Source of the DNA: Chthoniobacteraceae bacterium
GTDB taxonomy: Bacteria > Verrucomicrobiota > Verrucomicrobiia > Chthoniobacterales > Chthoniobacteraceae
NCBI GenBank assembly: GCA_031409655.1
Contig: JANNXQ010000099.1
Location: 32,001 to 96,000 of the forward strand
Direction: 5' to 3'
Length of the DNA: 64,000 nucleotides
The notes under the pieces were generated by a model. That model was not told the DNA's origin, did not search any database, and saw only the letters and a program-made list of their open reading frames with translations. Below, piece after piece: positions 39,677-48,692 of the stretch. Both the position numbers and the translations under genes were made by a program. Every line of letters starts with the position of its first letter. Positions within the stretch are counted from its first letter, which is position 1.

Positions 39677-40491
39677 ACGAAGACCCGAAACTCATCCTCG
39701 GCGCGTTTCGCCCAAGTGGCGCCGATGCGCATGATCCCGCCTTTGCCGAGGCGCTGGCGGCGGCGGAGCGCGATCCGCAGCTCGCCGCGTGGTTGCGTGA
39801 GGCGCAGGAATTTGACCGGGCCATCGCCGGCAAATTGCGCGCCGTCGAAGTGCCGCCGACGCTGCGGGCGAAGATCCTCGCCGGAGGTCGTGCGAGCCAG
39901 CGCCCGGCGTGGTGGCTGCAGCCAAAGGTCTGGGCGATCGCCGCGTTGCTGCTGCTGCTCGTCGGTGGGGCGTGGCGCTGGCTGGCGCCTGGCTCGGGAC
40001 TCCCTGCCTGGCAGACGCAGGCCGTCGCGACGCTGGATGGCGTGGTCGGAGCGCGGGTGAAGCTCGACCGCGAATGGCCCGAACCCGAGAAGCTCGTAGC
40101 CTGGCTGCAGGAGCAGTCCGCGCCCGTCCTGCCCGCGCTGCCTGACGCGCTCGCCAGCCGGAAGGCGATCGGTTGCAAGACGTGGGACTGGCGCGGGCTG
40201 AAGTTTGGCATGGTCTGCCTGCACCTCGAGGGATCGGCCAGCGCGCATCTCGTCACCACCTGGCACGGCGGGCTGAAAGGCGCGCCGCCGCTCGGGCAGA
40301 TGATCTACGGGCAGGCGGGCCAGTGGAGCACCGCGACGTGGAGCGAAGGCGGCCTGGCCTGCATGCTTCTCACCGATGCTGGCGACGTGGAATTGCGGAA
40401 ACTCGTGGCGGGGGCTCATGGTGCTGGGGCGCCCTCGCCCCGTTTTGTATCCACGGGGCGCGGGCGCCCCTACTCCTTGTCACGACCATGA
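39673..40491 (+). CDS. Putative transmembrane anti-sigma factor (DUF3379-like)
   Basis: GTGA overlap with the ECF gene; cytoplasmic N domain (FRPSGADAHDP..W..FD..I), one TM, extracytoplasmic domain with a Cys pair. Confidence 0.75.
   Translation: MNEDPKLILGAFRPSGADAHDPAFAEALAAAERDPQLAAWLREAQEFDRAIAGKLRAVEVPPTLRAKILAGGRASQRPAWWLQPKVWAIAALLLLLVGGAWRWLAPGSGLPAWQTQAVATLDGVVGARVKLDREWPEPEKLVAWLQEQSAPVLPALPDALASRKAIGCKTWDWRGLKFGMVCLHLEGSASAHLVTTWHGGLKGAPPLGQMIYGQAGQWSTATWSEGGLACMLLTDAGDVELRKLVAGAHGAGAPSPRFVSTGRGRPYSLSRP
40421..40473. repeat. GTAG-footed REP doublet within the 3' end of the anti-sigma gene
   Basis: GGGGCGCCCTCGCCCCGT ... ACGGGGCGCGGGCGCCCCTAC. Confidence 0.65.
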
Positions 40492-42887
40492 ACTCACTCT
40501 ACGCACGCTACGCCCAATGGCTCCACAACGGCTGGCCCGCTGGCGGTGTCGAGAAGCTGCCGGAGTGCGACGAGCATGGACGCACCAGCGTGCCCGGAAT
40601 CCGCATCGTCGGTGATCTCACGGGGATTCCGCTGCTCAAGTTTTCGTCGGACTCCGGCGCGCGGGCGGTGCGGGAAATCGCGGCGCAGCTTGGAGGGACA
40701 CGCTCCGTCGTGTCCCAAATCAAGGACACGACGGAGCGTGTCCCTCCAGGGGTCCTCGATCTCGCGATCATCGGCGCGGGCGTCTCTGGGGTGTCGGCGG
40801 CGATCGAGGCGCGGAAGGCCGGGCTGAATTTCACGCTCTTCGAAGCAGCCGAGATTTTCTCGACCGTCGTCAATTTTCCCAAGGGCAAACCGATCTACAC
40901 CTACCCGACGGAGATGAAGCTGGAGGGTGGGCTGCAATTCACCGCAAACGTGAAGGAGGCGCTCGTCGCCGAGATGGAGGCGCAGCGCCAAGCCGCGGGC
41001 ATCGAGATCATGCCGGCGCGCATTGAGCGGCTGGAGCGAGCGGGCGATGAGATCGTGCTCCATCACGCGGACAAGACGACGACCCGGGCGCGGCAGGTGA
41101 TCGTGGCCATCGGGCGGAGTGGAAATTTCCGCAAGCTCGGCGTGCCTGGCGAGGATCTCGACAAGGTGTACAATCGGCTCCACGACCCGAAGGAATTTGG
41201 CGGCAGGAATGTGCTCGTGGTCGGCGGCGGGGACTCGGCGATCGAGACGGCGATCGCCCTCGGAGCCTGCGGCGCGCACGTCACGCTCAGCTATCGGAAA
41301 AAGGAATTTGCGCGGCCCAAGCCGGAGAATGTGGAGAAACTCCAGGCGCTCGAAGCGAATGCCGACCATCCCGTCCAGATCGTCCGCCCGTCCAGCGAGC
41401 GCGTGAATGCGGTGGTCACGCACGCGATGCAAAAGTCCACGCCGACCGGTTCGGTGAAGACGATGCTCGGCTCCGAGATCGTGAGCATCACCCCGGATGC
41501 CGTGACGCTGCGCGCCGCGGACGGTGCCACCGCGGCCCTCCCGAACGACGTCGTCTTTACCATGATCGGCCGCGAGGCCCCGCTCGATTTCTTCCGCCGC
41601 AGCGGCCTCGCGATCCGCGGCGAATGGACGCCGAAAACCTGGACGAGTTTCATCCTCTTCGGCCTCTTTTGCATCTTCCTTTACCACTGGAAAGCGGGCG
41701 GCGGACACGTCCTCTACGACGCCTTCAAGACGCACCACTGGTTCCCTTTTAATATCCCCGACTGGCTCCCGTCGCTCTCCGCCAGCGCCAGCAATCCGGC
41801 GACGATCCTCGGTACGCTCAAGGACGCGCTGGGCTCGCCGAGCTTCTACTACTCGCTGGTCTATTGCGGGCTCATCGTCGTCTTCGGCCTGAAGCGCATC
41901 GCCCGGCGGAAGACGCCCTACGTCACCGCGCAGACGCTTTCGCTTATGGCCGTGCAGGTCGTGCCGCTCTTCCTCCTGCCGTATTTCGTGCTGCCGTGGC
42001 TGGGCGCGAATGGCTGGTTCGACGCTGGCTTCGGCCAGGGATTTGCGGATCAATTTTTCCCCGTGGAATACGGCGCGCGCACCTACTGGCGCTCGTTCGG
42101 CTTCATCCTCGCGTGGCCGCTTTTCATCTGGAATCTTTTCACCGATCACCCGACCACTGGCTGGCTGGTCCTCGGCTTCGTGCAGACCTTTGTCATCATC
42201 CCGCTGATCGTCTGGCGCTGGGGAAAAGGTGCGTATTGCGGCTGGATCTGTTCGTGCGGCGCGCTCGCCGAGACGCTCGGCGACACCCAGCGGCACAAGA
42301 TGCCGCACGGCCCGCGCGCGAATCGCTGGAACATGACCGGGCAGATCATCCTCGGCGTCGCGATGGTCCTCCTTTTCCTCCGCATCCTCGGCTGGATCGC
42401 CACAGCGGTGCCGGCGCTCGGCTTCCTCGGTTTTGGGAATGTCATCTACTACGGCTTGCTCGGCGGCTTTGCGCAGAGCGGACCGCTGAGCTGGTTCTCG
42501 TATCGCTACATCGTCGATCTCTGGCTCGCGGGTGTGATGGGAGTCGCGGCGTACTTCTGGTTCAGCGGGCGCGTGTGGTGCCGCTTTGCCTGTCCACTCG
42601 CGGCGCTCATGCACATCTACGCGCGCTTTTCCCGCTACCGGATTTTCCCGGAGAAGAAGAAGTGCATCTCCTGCAATGTCTGCACCAGCGTCTGCCACCA
42701 GGGCATCGACGTGATGAACTTCGCGAACAAAGGGATGCCGATGGAAGATCCTGAATGCGTGCGCTGCTCGGCCTGTGTGCAGCAGTGCCCGACGGGCGTG
42801 CTTGCCTTTGGCCGCCTGGGCGAAGATGGCGTGCCGATCCTTGATCGCCTCGGCGCCTCGCCGGTGCGGATGCGCGAAGGGAAATGA
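40488..42887 (+). CDS. FAD/NAD(P)-binding oxidoreductase fused to a NapH/MauN-type membrane polyferredoxin
   Basis: IIGAGVSG, AIGRSG, VVGGGDSA; multi-TM region with CGWICSCG and WCRFACP; two CxxCxxCxxxC motifs; ATGA-coupled to the anti-sigma gene. Confidence 0.88.
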   Translation: MNSLYARYAQWLHNGWPAGGVEKLPECDEHGRTSVPGIRIVGDLTGIPLLKFSSDSGARAVREIAAQLGGTRSVVSQIKDTTERVPPGVLDLAIIGAGVSGVSAAIEARKAGLNFTLFEAAEIFSTVVNFPKGKPIYTYPTEMKLEGGLQFTANVKEALVAEMEAQRQAAGIEIMPARIERLERAGDEIVLHHADKTTTRARQVIVAIGRSGNFRKLGVPGEDLDKVYNRLHDPKEFGGRNVLVVGGGDSAIETAIALGACGAHVTLSYRKKEFARPKPENVEKLQALEANADHPVQIVRPSSERVNAVVTHAMQKSTPTGSVKTMLGSEIVSITPDAVTLRAADGATAALPNDVVFTMIGREAPLDFFRRSGLAIRGEWTPKTWTSFILFGLFCIFLYHWKAGGGHVLYDAFKTHHWFPFNIPDWLPSLSASASNPATILGTLKDALGSPSFYYSLVYCGLIVVFGLKRIARRKTPYVTAQTLSLMAVQVVPLFLLPYFVLPWLGANGWFDAGFGQGFADQFFPVEYGARTYWRSFGFILAWPLFIWNLFTDHPTTGWLVLGFVQTFVIIPLIVWRWGKGAYCGWICSCGALAETLGDTQRHKMPHGPRANRWNMTGQIILGVAMVLLFLRILGWIATAVPALGFLGFGNVIYYGLLGGFAQSGPLSWFSYRYIVDLWLAGVMGVAAYFWFSGRVWCRFACPLAALMHIYARFSRYRIFPEKKKCISCNVCTSVCHQGIDVMNFANKGMPMEDPECVRCSACVQQCPTGVLAFGRLGEDGVPILDRLGASPVRMREGK
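40691..40748. repeat. Perfect REP-doublet hairpin inside the coding sequence
   Basis: TGGAGGGACACGCTCCGTCGTGTCC-CAAATCAA-GGACACGACGGAGCGTGTCCCTCCA (25-bp perfect arms). Confidence 0.9.
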
Positions 42888-42899
42888 CCGAGATTGGGA

Positions 42900-42991
42900 A
42901 AACGCCAAACTTCAAACGCCAAACATTAAACGCCAAAGGAAGAGATGGCCGCCTTTGGCGTTTAGTGTTTGGCGTTTGAAGTTTGGCGTTT
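42900..42991. repeat. Inverted heptamer array, 40-bp arms
   Basis: AAACGCCAAACTTCAAACGCCAAACATTAAACGCCAAAGG, 12-nt loop, then the reverse complement with one G-T wobble. Confidence 0.92.
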
Positions 42992-43080
42992 CTCCGCGAT
43001 CGAAGCTCCACACTGATTTGCCCGCGCCGACGATTCGCCTCTTGACCTTCTTCGCTCCGGCGAAAACCTTCCGCCCCGCA

Positions 43081-45675
43081 ATGGCGAGCTCCGCACGGCC
43101 TCACATCAGCAGTCCGAACGACCAGCCCGCACGCTGGCACGAAGTCCACCTCGCGGACGGTTTGCCGCGCCCGCAATACGAAAAGCTGCTCAGCGATTTT
43201 GCCGATCTCGGCCAGCCGGAGATGCGCGCGCTCGGTGAGCGCATGGAGGCCACGCTCCGCGAGATGGGCGTGACTTTCGACATCATCCGCAATGACCCGT
43301 GGGGGCGGCAGCCGTGGACTTGCGATCTGCTCCCGCAAATCTTTGAGTCCCAGGATTGGAGGCGGATCGTGGAGGGTTTTCGACAACGGTTGCGGGCCTT
43401 CGAGAGCTTCCTCGACGACGTCTATGGCCCGCGGGAAATCCTGCGCGCGGGCGCCGTGCCCATCCAGGTCGTGCTCGGCAGTGCGCACTATCAAAATGCG
43501 GTGGTCGGCGTGCCCCGCCCGCGCGGTGCCTTTCTGCACCTTTGCGGCATGTGCGTGACGCGCGACCAAGCGGGTCTGTGGAAGGTGAAAAATCACCACT
43601 TCAGCCACGCCGCCGGGATCAGCTACATGATGCAAAATCGCCGGGCGCTGGCGCGGGTGGTGCCGGAGATTTTCCAGGATGCGCCGGTGCAATCGCTCGC
43701 CGAACTGCCGCTCGCGATCCTCGAACGCCTGCGCGAAACTGCGGCCCCTTTTGGCGGCGATCCGACGGTGGTGCTGCTCTCACCCGGGCCGCAGACCGCG
43801 GTGGCTTCAGAGTTGAGCTTCCTCGCCCGCCGCATGGGGATCCCGGTGGTGGAAGGTGGCGATCTGCTCGTGCTCAACGACTGCGTGTACCTCAAGACCG
43901 TGCGCGGGCTCGAGCGCGTGGAGGTCATTTACAATCGCATCGCTGACGCCTGGCTGGATCCGCTGGTCTTCCGCTCCGATTCGATCCTCGGCGTGCCGGG
44001 CCTCGTGCATTGCTTGCGCAAGGGCACCGTGGCGCTGGTCAATGCCGTCGGCTCCCAACTCGCGGACGATCGCAGTCTGCTGGCCTTCGCCCCGCAGATC
44101 ATCCGCTTTTATCTCAATGAATCGCCGATCCTCCCCTCCGTGCCGACGCACTGGCTCGGGGACATCGATCAGCGCGAACTCGTGCTGGAAAATCTGCACG
44201 CCTGGCGCGTGCTGCCCTTGGGGCGGGACAATCGCTCGGCCTCCTGGCAGCGCGAAAAGCCGAGCGACGAGGCCACCCTCAGCGCGGAGATTCGGAAGAC
44301 GCCTGGTCGCTTCGTCGCGCAGCGGCGGGATGAAGGCGTGCGCACGCTGTGCTTCGAAGGCGGGCGGCGCGTCGATCACGAGCAGGATCACATCGTCTAT
44401 GCGCTGCGCGCCGGGGCGGAGTTCGACGTCTTCGCTGGGGCGCTCACGCGCGTGCATTCGCGGGGCGAGGTGCATGGGGACTTTGGCTTCGGCTGGACGA
44501 GCAAGGACTCGTGGGTTCCCGAGATCGACGCCATCGCGCCGCTGATCCCGCATTTGCCCCGGCGGGCGCCGGAACTGGCGGTCGCGTCGCGGCAGGTCAC
44601 GAGCCGAGTCGCGGAATCCTTCTACTGGCTCGGGCGGTATCTCGAGCGCGCCCATCATCAGGCCTACCTCATCGGCACCATCGAGACGCTCGAGACCGAG
44701 GAGCTGAACACGGCGGAGCGGAAGCTCTATCGCCCGATGTGGAATCGCCTCCTGCCGCCGCTGGAGAAGACCGCGGGGACGAGTCGCCGCAGCATCGCCA
44801 ATCGCCGCGATCGCTACCGGCTGGTGCTCGCTCCCGAGCCCGGTTCGGTGCTCTCCACCTTTCAGCGCGGGATGTTTAACGCCGAGAATATGCAGGACTC
44901 GCTGAGCCCGGAGGCGTGGTCCACGCTCACGGAGCTGCGGATCCGTTTTCAGCGGGCGAAGTATCGCGAGGATCTCGCGGAAGCCGGTGCGGTGCGACTC
45001 ACCCGCCGGCTCAGCGAAGCTGCCACCCGGCTCATCCCGCAATTTTTCGCGACCGCGCAAAATACGATGCTCGCGGACGATGGCTGGCGCTTCTGCGAGA
45101 TCGGCCAATTCCTCGAGCGCGCCACGATCACCGCGAATTCCATCGTCGCGATCGGCAAGGCCTTCGCCGCGCAATCCAGTGGCGACGGCTCCGCGCAGGC
45201 CAGTGAGATCGAGCTGAGCGCCTTTCTGCGCCTGCTGGCCTCCCGCGACGCGTATCGCCGGATCTTCCAAATGCGCGCCGAGCCGCTCCACGTGCTCGAG
45301 CTGCTCTGGCAGCATCCGCAGGTGCCGCGTTCCGTGCTGCGCTGCCTGCAGGAGTGTGCCGCTCGGCTGCGCGAAAGTGTTTCGCCAGAGTTGCTCCAGG
45401 GCGCCGGCGCGGTGGGGGCGATCGATGCCCTCATCCACCGGATCAAACGCATCGACTGGCAGGCCTACGTGAGCCCTGCGCTCGACGAGGACAGCCTCGG
45501 TGAGACCGCGGAAAGCTCCCCGTTGCACCCTCAGCTCCGGCCCGAAGATCTCGATCCGCTCTTGCAAAAACTCCTCGAGGGCACACTCGAGGTACACACG
45601 ATGATCGCGGACAGCTTTCTCAACCATCAAGCCCACATCGCCGAGGTGAGCCAGCCGCTCCTGCGCGGATTTTGA
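43081..45675 (+). CDS. Circularly permuted type 2 ATP-grasp fused to alpha-E domain (degenerate active site)
   Basis: GVTF, DDVYG, GISYMMQNR, DPLVFRSDSILGVPGL, NAVGS..ADD, SKDSWV; alpha-E SRVAESFYWLGRYLERA and GQFLERA. Confidence 0.88.
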   Translation: MASSARPHISSPNDQPARWHEVHLADGLPRPQYEKLLSDFADLGQPEMRALGERMEATLREMGVTFDIIRNDPWGRQPWTCDLLPQIFESQDWRRIVEGFRQRLRAFESFLDDVYGPREILRAGAVPIQVVLGSAHYQNAVVGVPRPRGAFLHLCGMCVTRDQAGLWKVKNHHFSHAAGISYMMQNRRALARVVPEIFQDAPVQSLAELPLAILERLRETAAPFGGDPTVVLLSPGPQTAVASELSFLARRMGIPVVEGGDLLVLNDCVYLKTVRGLERVEVIYNRIADAWLDPLVFRSDSILGVPGLVHCLRKGTVALVNAVGSQLADDRSLLAFAPQIIRFYLNESPILPSVPTHWLGDIDQRELVLENLHAWRVLPLGRDNRSASWQREKPSDEATLSAEIRKTPGRFVAQRRDEGVRTLCFEGGRRVDHEQDHIVYALRAGAEFDVFAGALTRVHSRGEVHGDFGFGWTSKDSWVPEIDAIAPLIPHLPRRAPELAVASRQVTSRVAESFYWLGRYLERAHHQAYLIGTIETLETEELNTAERKLYRPMWNRLLPPLEKTAGTSRRSIANRRDRYRLVLAPEPGSVLSTFQRGMFNAENMQDSLSPEAWSTLTELRIRFQRAKYREDLAEAGAVRLTRRLSEAATRLIPQFFATAQNTMLADDGWRFCEIGQFLERATITANSIVAIGKAFAAQSSGDGSAQASEIELSAFLRLLASRDAYRRIFQMRAEPLHVLELLWQHPQVPRSVLRCLQECAARLRESVSPELLQGAGAVGAIDALIHRIKRIDWQAYVSPALDEDSLGETAESSPLHPQLRPEDLDPLLQKLLEGTLEVHTMIADSFLNHQAHIAEVSQPLLRGF

Positions 45676-45699
45676 GTCGCGGAATCTCCGCGCCGCGTC

Positions 45700-46371
45700 T
45701 CAGCTTTCCACCTTCGGCACCGCCGCCGGGGCCCGGCTGGCCAGCCAGCCACGCGCGATTTCAAAGACCGCCGGCAGGATCGAAAGAATGATGATCGCGA
45801 GGATCACGAGCTCGAAATTTTTCTTCACGAAGGGCACGTTGCCCAAGGCATAACCGAGATAGGTGAGCGAGACGACCCAGACGAACGCTCCGATGACGTT
45901 GTAGCTGAAAAATTTCGCGTAGCTCATCCGCCCGATGCCTGCGACGAACGGAGCGAAGGTGCGGACGATCGGCACGAAGCGCGCGATGATGATCGTTTTC
46001 GCGCCATACTTCTCGTAGAAGGCATGGGTGCGATCGAGATACTCCTTCTTGATGAAGCGATTCCCATTGCGCACGCGGTCGCCGAGGTAAGCGCCGATGT
46101 GGTAATTCACCGCGTCACCCAGGATGGCTGCGACGATCAGCAGGCCGACGACGATATGCACATTCAATGAATCCGAAGCGGTCGCCGCCACCGCGCCGGC
46201 GGCGAAGAGCAGCGAGTCCCCGGGCAAGAACGGCGTGACGACCAGTCCCGTCTCGCAGAAGACGATCAGGAAAAGAATGGCATAGATCCACGGGCCGTAT
46301 TCAGCCGCCCATACCGGGAGGGCTTCGTCGAGATGCAGGATCGAGTGTAGGAGGTTTTTCAGCCAGTCCAT
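45700..46371 (-). CDS. dedA: DedA family membrane protein
   Basis: FCETGLVVTPFLPGDSLLFAAG and ARFVPIVRTFAPFVAG. Confidence 0.95.
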   Translation of the reverse strand: MDWLKNLLHSILHLDEALPVWAAEYGPWIYAILFLIVFCETGLVVTPFLPGDSLLFAAGAVAATASDSLNVHIVVGLLIVAAILGDAVNYHIGAYLGDRVRNGNRFIKKEYLDRTHAFYEKYGAKTIIIARFVPIVRTFAPFVAGIGRMSYAKFFSYNVIGAFVWVVSLTYLGYALGNVPFVKKNFELVILAIIILSILPAVFEIARGWLASRAPAAVPKVES

Positions 46372-46446
46372 GAGCCGCGGTTCAATGGCAGGCCCGGTGC
46401 GGTTGCGCAACGCAATTGTCCCGCGGCGGAAGGCGTCTTCCGGTCT

Positions 46447-46569
46447 TCACCACGCGATCCAGCGGTACAAAAGAGCGATGGCGAGCGCGCCCGCGGCGAG
46501 TTCCAAAACGGTCTGCACGCCGATGGAGTGAAGATCGACTTTTGGGAGATGAAGATGGGGGCGTTTCAT
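46447..46569 (-). CDS. Small membrane protein (40 aa), not in ORF track
   Basis: MKRPHLHLPKVDLHSIGVQTVLELAAGALAIALLYRWIAW; C-terminal TM helix, genome-like codon usage, promoter-like motif upstream. Confidence 0.6.
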   Translation of the reverse strand: MKRPHLHLPKVDLHSIGVQTVLELAAGALAIALLYRWIAW

Positions 46570-46584
46570 GGCCCGTTTCGACAT

Positions 46585-46601
46585 AGCAACGCCCATGCCT
46601 G
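46585..46601 (-). promoter_or_regulatory. Putative sigma-54 (-24/-12) promoter
   Basis: Minus strand CAGGCATGGGCGTTGCT matches YTGGCACGNNNNTTGCW with exact GG-N10-GC spacing. Confidence 0.55.
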
Positions 46602-46683
46602 GACCGGCCTGCTCGTGAAGATAAAAAGAGACCCGTGCGGGCTCCTCGTGAACTTCATCTCCGCCGCGCGGAGCGACGAAAAA

Positions 46684-46965
46684 CTAAACCACCTCGGCTT
46701 CGTCCGGGAATCCGTGATCGCCCCGGATCGAGTTCAGCCGCCGCCGGGCACCGCGCGCGGACTCGGGACCATTGAGCGAACGCACGACCATGCCGACCAC
46801 CACCGGCAGCGCCAGCAGCGCGCCGACGGAAATCATCGTCGCCGCCGTCGTCTTTTGCGCGGGGCGGCCGAGTTTGCCGGCGATCAGCAGCCCGATGCCG
46901 CAGCCCACGGCGGTCTGGGTGACTGCGAGGAGACTCGTTTGGAGAGGATCGGAGGACTTGGGCAT
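46684..46965 (-). CDS. Hypothetical small membrane protein
   Basis: 93 aa with two Gly-rich hydrophobic segments; followed by a GAGCCCG..CGGGTCTC-TTTTT terminator-like hairpin. Confidence 0.7.
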   Translation of the reverse strand: MPKSSDPLQTSLLAVTQTAVGCGIGLLIAGKLGRPAQKTTAATMISVGALLALPVVVGMVVRSLNGPESARGARRRLNSIRGDHGFPDEAEVV

Positions 46966-47075
46966 GGGGTTGGAAGTATGCAAGCGCGGTGCCAAAAAAG
47001 AAACTCGAAAGTCGGGAGGCGGGAGTGCTCAGTGGTCTGCTACCGCCAGGCCGCCCGTTCCGCTTTTCCCACTCC

Positions 47076-48146
47076 ATGCCCAATCCCCTCTACGTCCTGA
47101 TCCTCGCCGGCGGCAGCGGCGAACGCTTTTGGCCACTCAGCCGCCGCTCGCGTCCGAAGCAGCTCCTGTCGCTCTTTTCCAGCGAGACCCTGCTCGAGGC
47201 CACCATCAGACGCCTCGACGGTCTCGTCTCGCCGGACCACATCCTCATCCTCACGAATGCGGATCAGGAAGCCGGGGTGCGCGCGCTTTGCCCGCAGTTG
47301 CCGAAGGAAAATATCGTCGCTGAGCCGGCCAAACGCGACACCGCGGCAGCGATCGCCCTCGGGGCGGGTTGGATTTCGCAGCGTGCGCCCGGGGCGATCA
47401 TGGTCGTGCTGCCGGCGGATCATCTCATCAAGGATGCGGCTGGTTTTCAGGCCACTTTGCGCGTTGCCGTGGCGGCAGCGGAGACCGGCGAACTCGTGAC
47501 CATCGGCATCAAGCCCACGTGGGCCTGCTCGGGCTTTGGCTACATCGAAGTGGGGGGTGCCGCGGCGATCCCCGGTGCACCGCCGGGGCCGGGCGTCTGC
47601 GACGTGGTGCGCTTCCGCGAAAAGCCGGACGCCGAGCTGGCCGAGCAGTTTCTCCGGCAGGGAAACTTTCGCTGGAACGCGGGCATGTTCATCTGGTCGA
47701 TCCAGGCGATCATCAGCGCTTTCAATCGCTACGCGCCGGAGCTGGGCGAGTTCATCAGCCGCATCCATCGCGGCGGCGATCTGCCGGCGTTGCTCGCCGA
47801 GGACTTTCCGCGGCTGCCGAAAATTTCCATCGACTACGCCATCATGGAAAAAGCCGGCCGCGTGCTCATGGTCGAGTCGGGCTTCGATTGGGACGACGTC
47901 GGAAGCTGGACCGCAATCGCGAAATACCTCACCGCCGACGATGCGAGCAACCAGAGCAACGTCCCCCTCAAGGCACTCGACTCCGGCGACAACATCGTCT
48001 TCAGCGCGCAGAAGAAGACGGTCGCCCTCCTCGGCGTCCGCGATCTCATCATCATCGAAACCGCCGACGCCCTCCTCGTCTGCAATCGCCACGAAGCCGA
48101 GCGCATCAAGCAGCTCGTCACGCAGGTCCCGCCGGAGTTGCAGTGA
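47076..48146 (+). CDS. manC: Mannose-1-phosphate guanylyltransferase
   Basis: LILAGGSGERFWPLSR..PKQ, EPAKRDTA, FREKP, WNAGMF, ISIDYAIMEK, WDDVGSW; no PMI cupin domain. Confidence 0.93.
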   Translation: MPNPLYVLILAGGSGERFWPLSRRSRPKQLLSLFSSETLLEATIRRLDGLVSPDHILILTNADQEAGVRALCPQLPKENIVAEPAKRDTAAAIALGAGWISQRAPGAIMVVLPADHLIKDAAGFQATLRVAVAAAETGELVTIGIKPTWACSGFGYIEVGGAAAIPGAPPGPGVCDVVRFREKPDAELAEQFLRQGNFRWNAGMFIWSIQAIISAFNRYAPELGEFISRIHRGGDLPALLAEDFPRLPKISIDYAIMEKAGRVLMVESGFDWDDVGSWTAIAKYLTADDASNQSNVPLKALDSGDNIVFSAQKKTVALLGVRDLIIIETADALLVCNRHEAERIKQLVTQVPPELQ

Positions 48147-48165
48147 TCCTGAGTGGAATCGCGAC

Positions 48166-48261
48166 TTGTGAATGGTGATTGGTGAGTAGTGACTGATGAG
48201 TAGTGACTGGCTTTCGGTCGCGCTCTTTCACCATCCATTGATCACCAATCACCACTCACAA
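48166..48261. repeat. Inverted heptamer array (GTGA-core family)
   Basis: GTGAATG GTGATTG GTGAGTA GTGACTG ATGAGTA GTGACTG ... TCACCAT CCATTGA TCACCAA TCACCAC TCACAA. Confidence 0.8.
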
Positions 48262-48269
48262 TCCCGGCC

Positions 48270-48692
48270 ATGACCCGCGCCCTCGGCATCGACCACGGTG
48301 AAGCCCGCATGGGCCTCGCCATCTCCGACGAACTCGGGATGCTCGCGCATCCGCTCGAGACATTGCATTTGAAAGAGATCGCCGACCCCGTGGCGCACAT
48401 CGCGGCGATCGTCGCGCGGGACAAGATCGGCACCATCGTCCTCGGCCTCCCGCGCAACATGGACGGCAGCTATGGGCCAGCGGCGGAGAAGGTGCGCGCC
48501 TTTGGCGAAAAGCTGCGCGAGGCGTCTGGCTGCCCGGTGAAAATGTGGGACGAGCGGCTGACCACCGTCGCCGCCCAGCGCTCGCTCCACGAAGCCGGGC
48601 GCAATGCGAAGCAGAGCCGGCAGGTCATCGACCAGGTCGCCGCCGTGCTCATCTTGCAAGGCTGGCTGGATTCGCAAGCGATGCTGGGATGA
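48270..48692 (+). CDS. ruvX: Holliday junction resolvase RuvX / pre-16S rRNA nuclease YqgF
   Basis: ALGIDHGEARMGLAISD, GLPRNMDG, DERLTT, IDQVAAVLILQ. Confidence 0.95.
   Translation: MTRALGIDHGEARMGLAISDELGMLAHPLETLHLKEIADPVAHIAAIVARDKIGTIVLGLPRNMDGSYGPAAEKVRAFGEKLREASGCPVKMWDERLTTVAAQRSLHEAGRNAKQSRQVIDQVAAVLILQGWLDSQAMLG

Noticed and set aside
40494..45636. Very long antisense ORFs (804 aa and 609 aa; similar ones at 21080, 24375, 55834 and 62440)
   Set aside because: Shadow frames of high-GC3 genes on the opposite strand, with no motifs.
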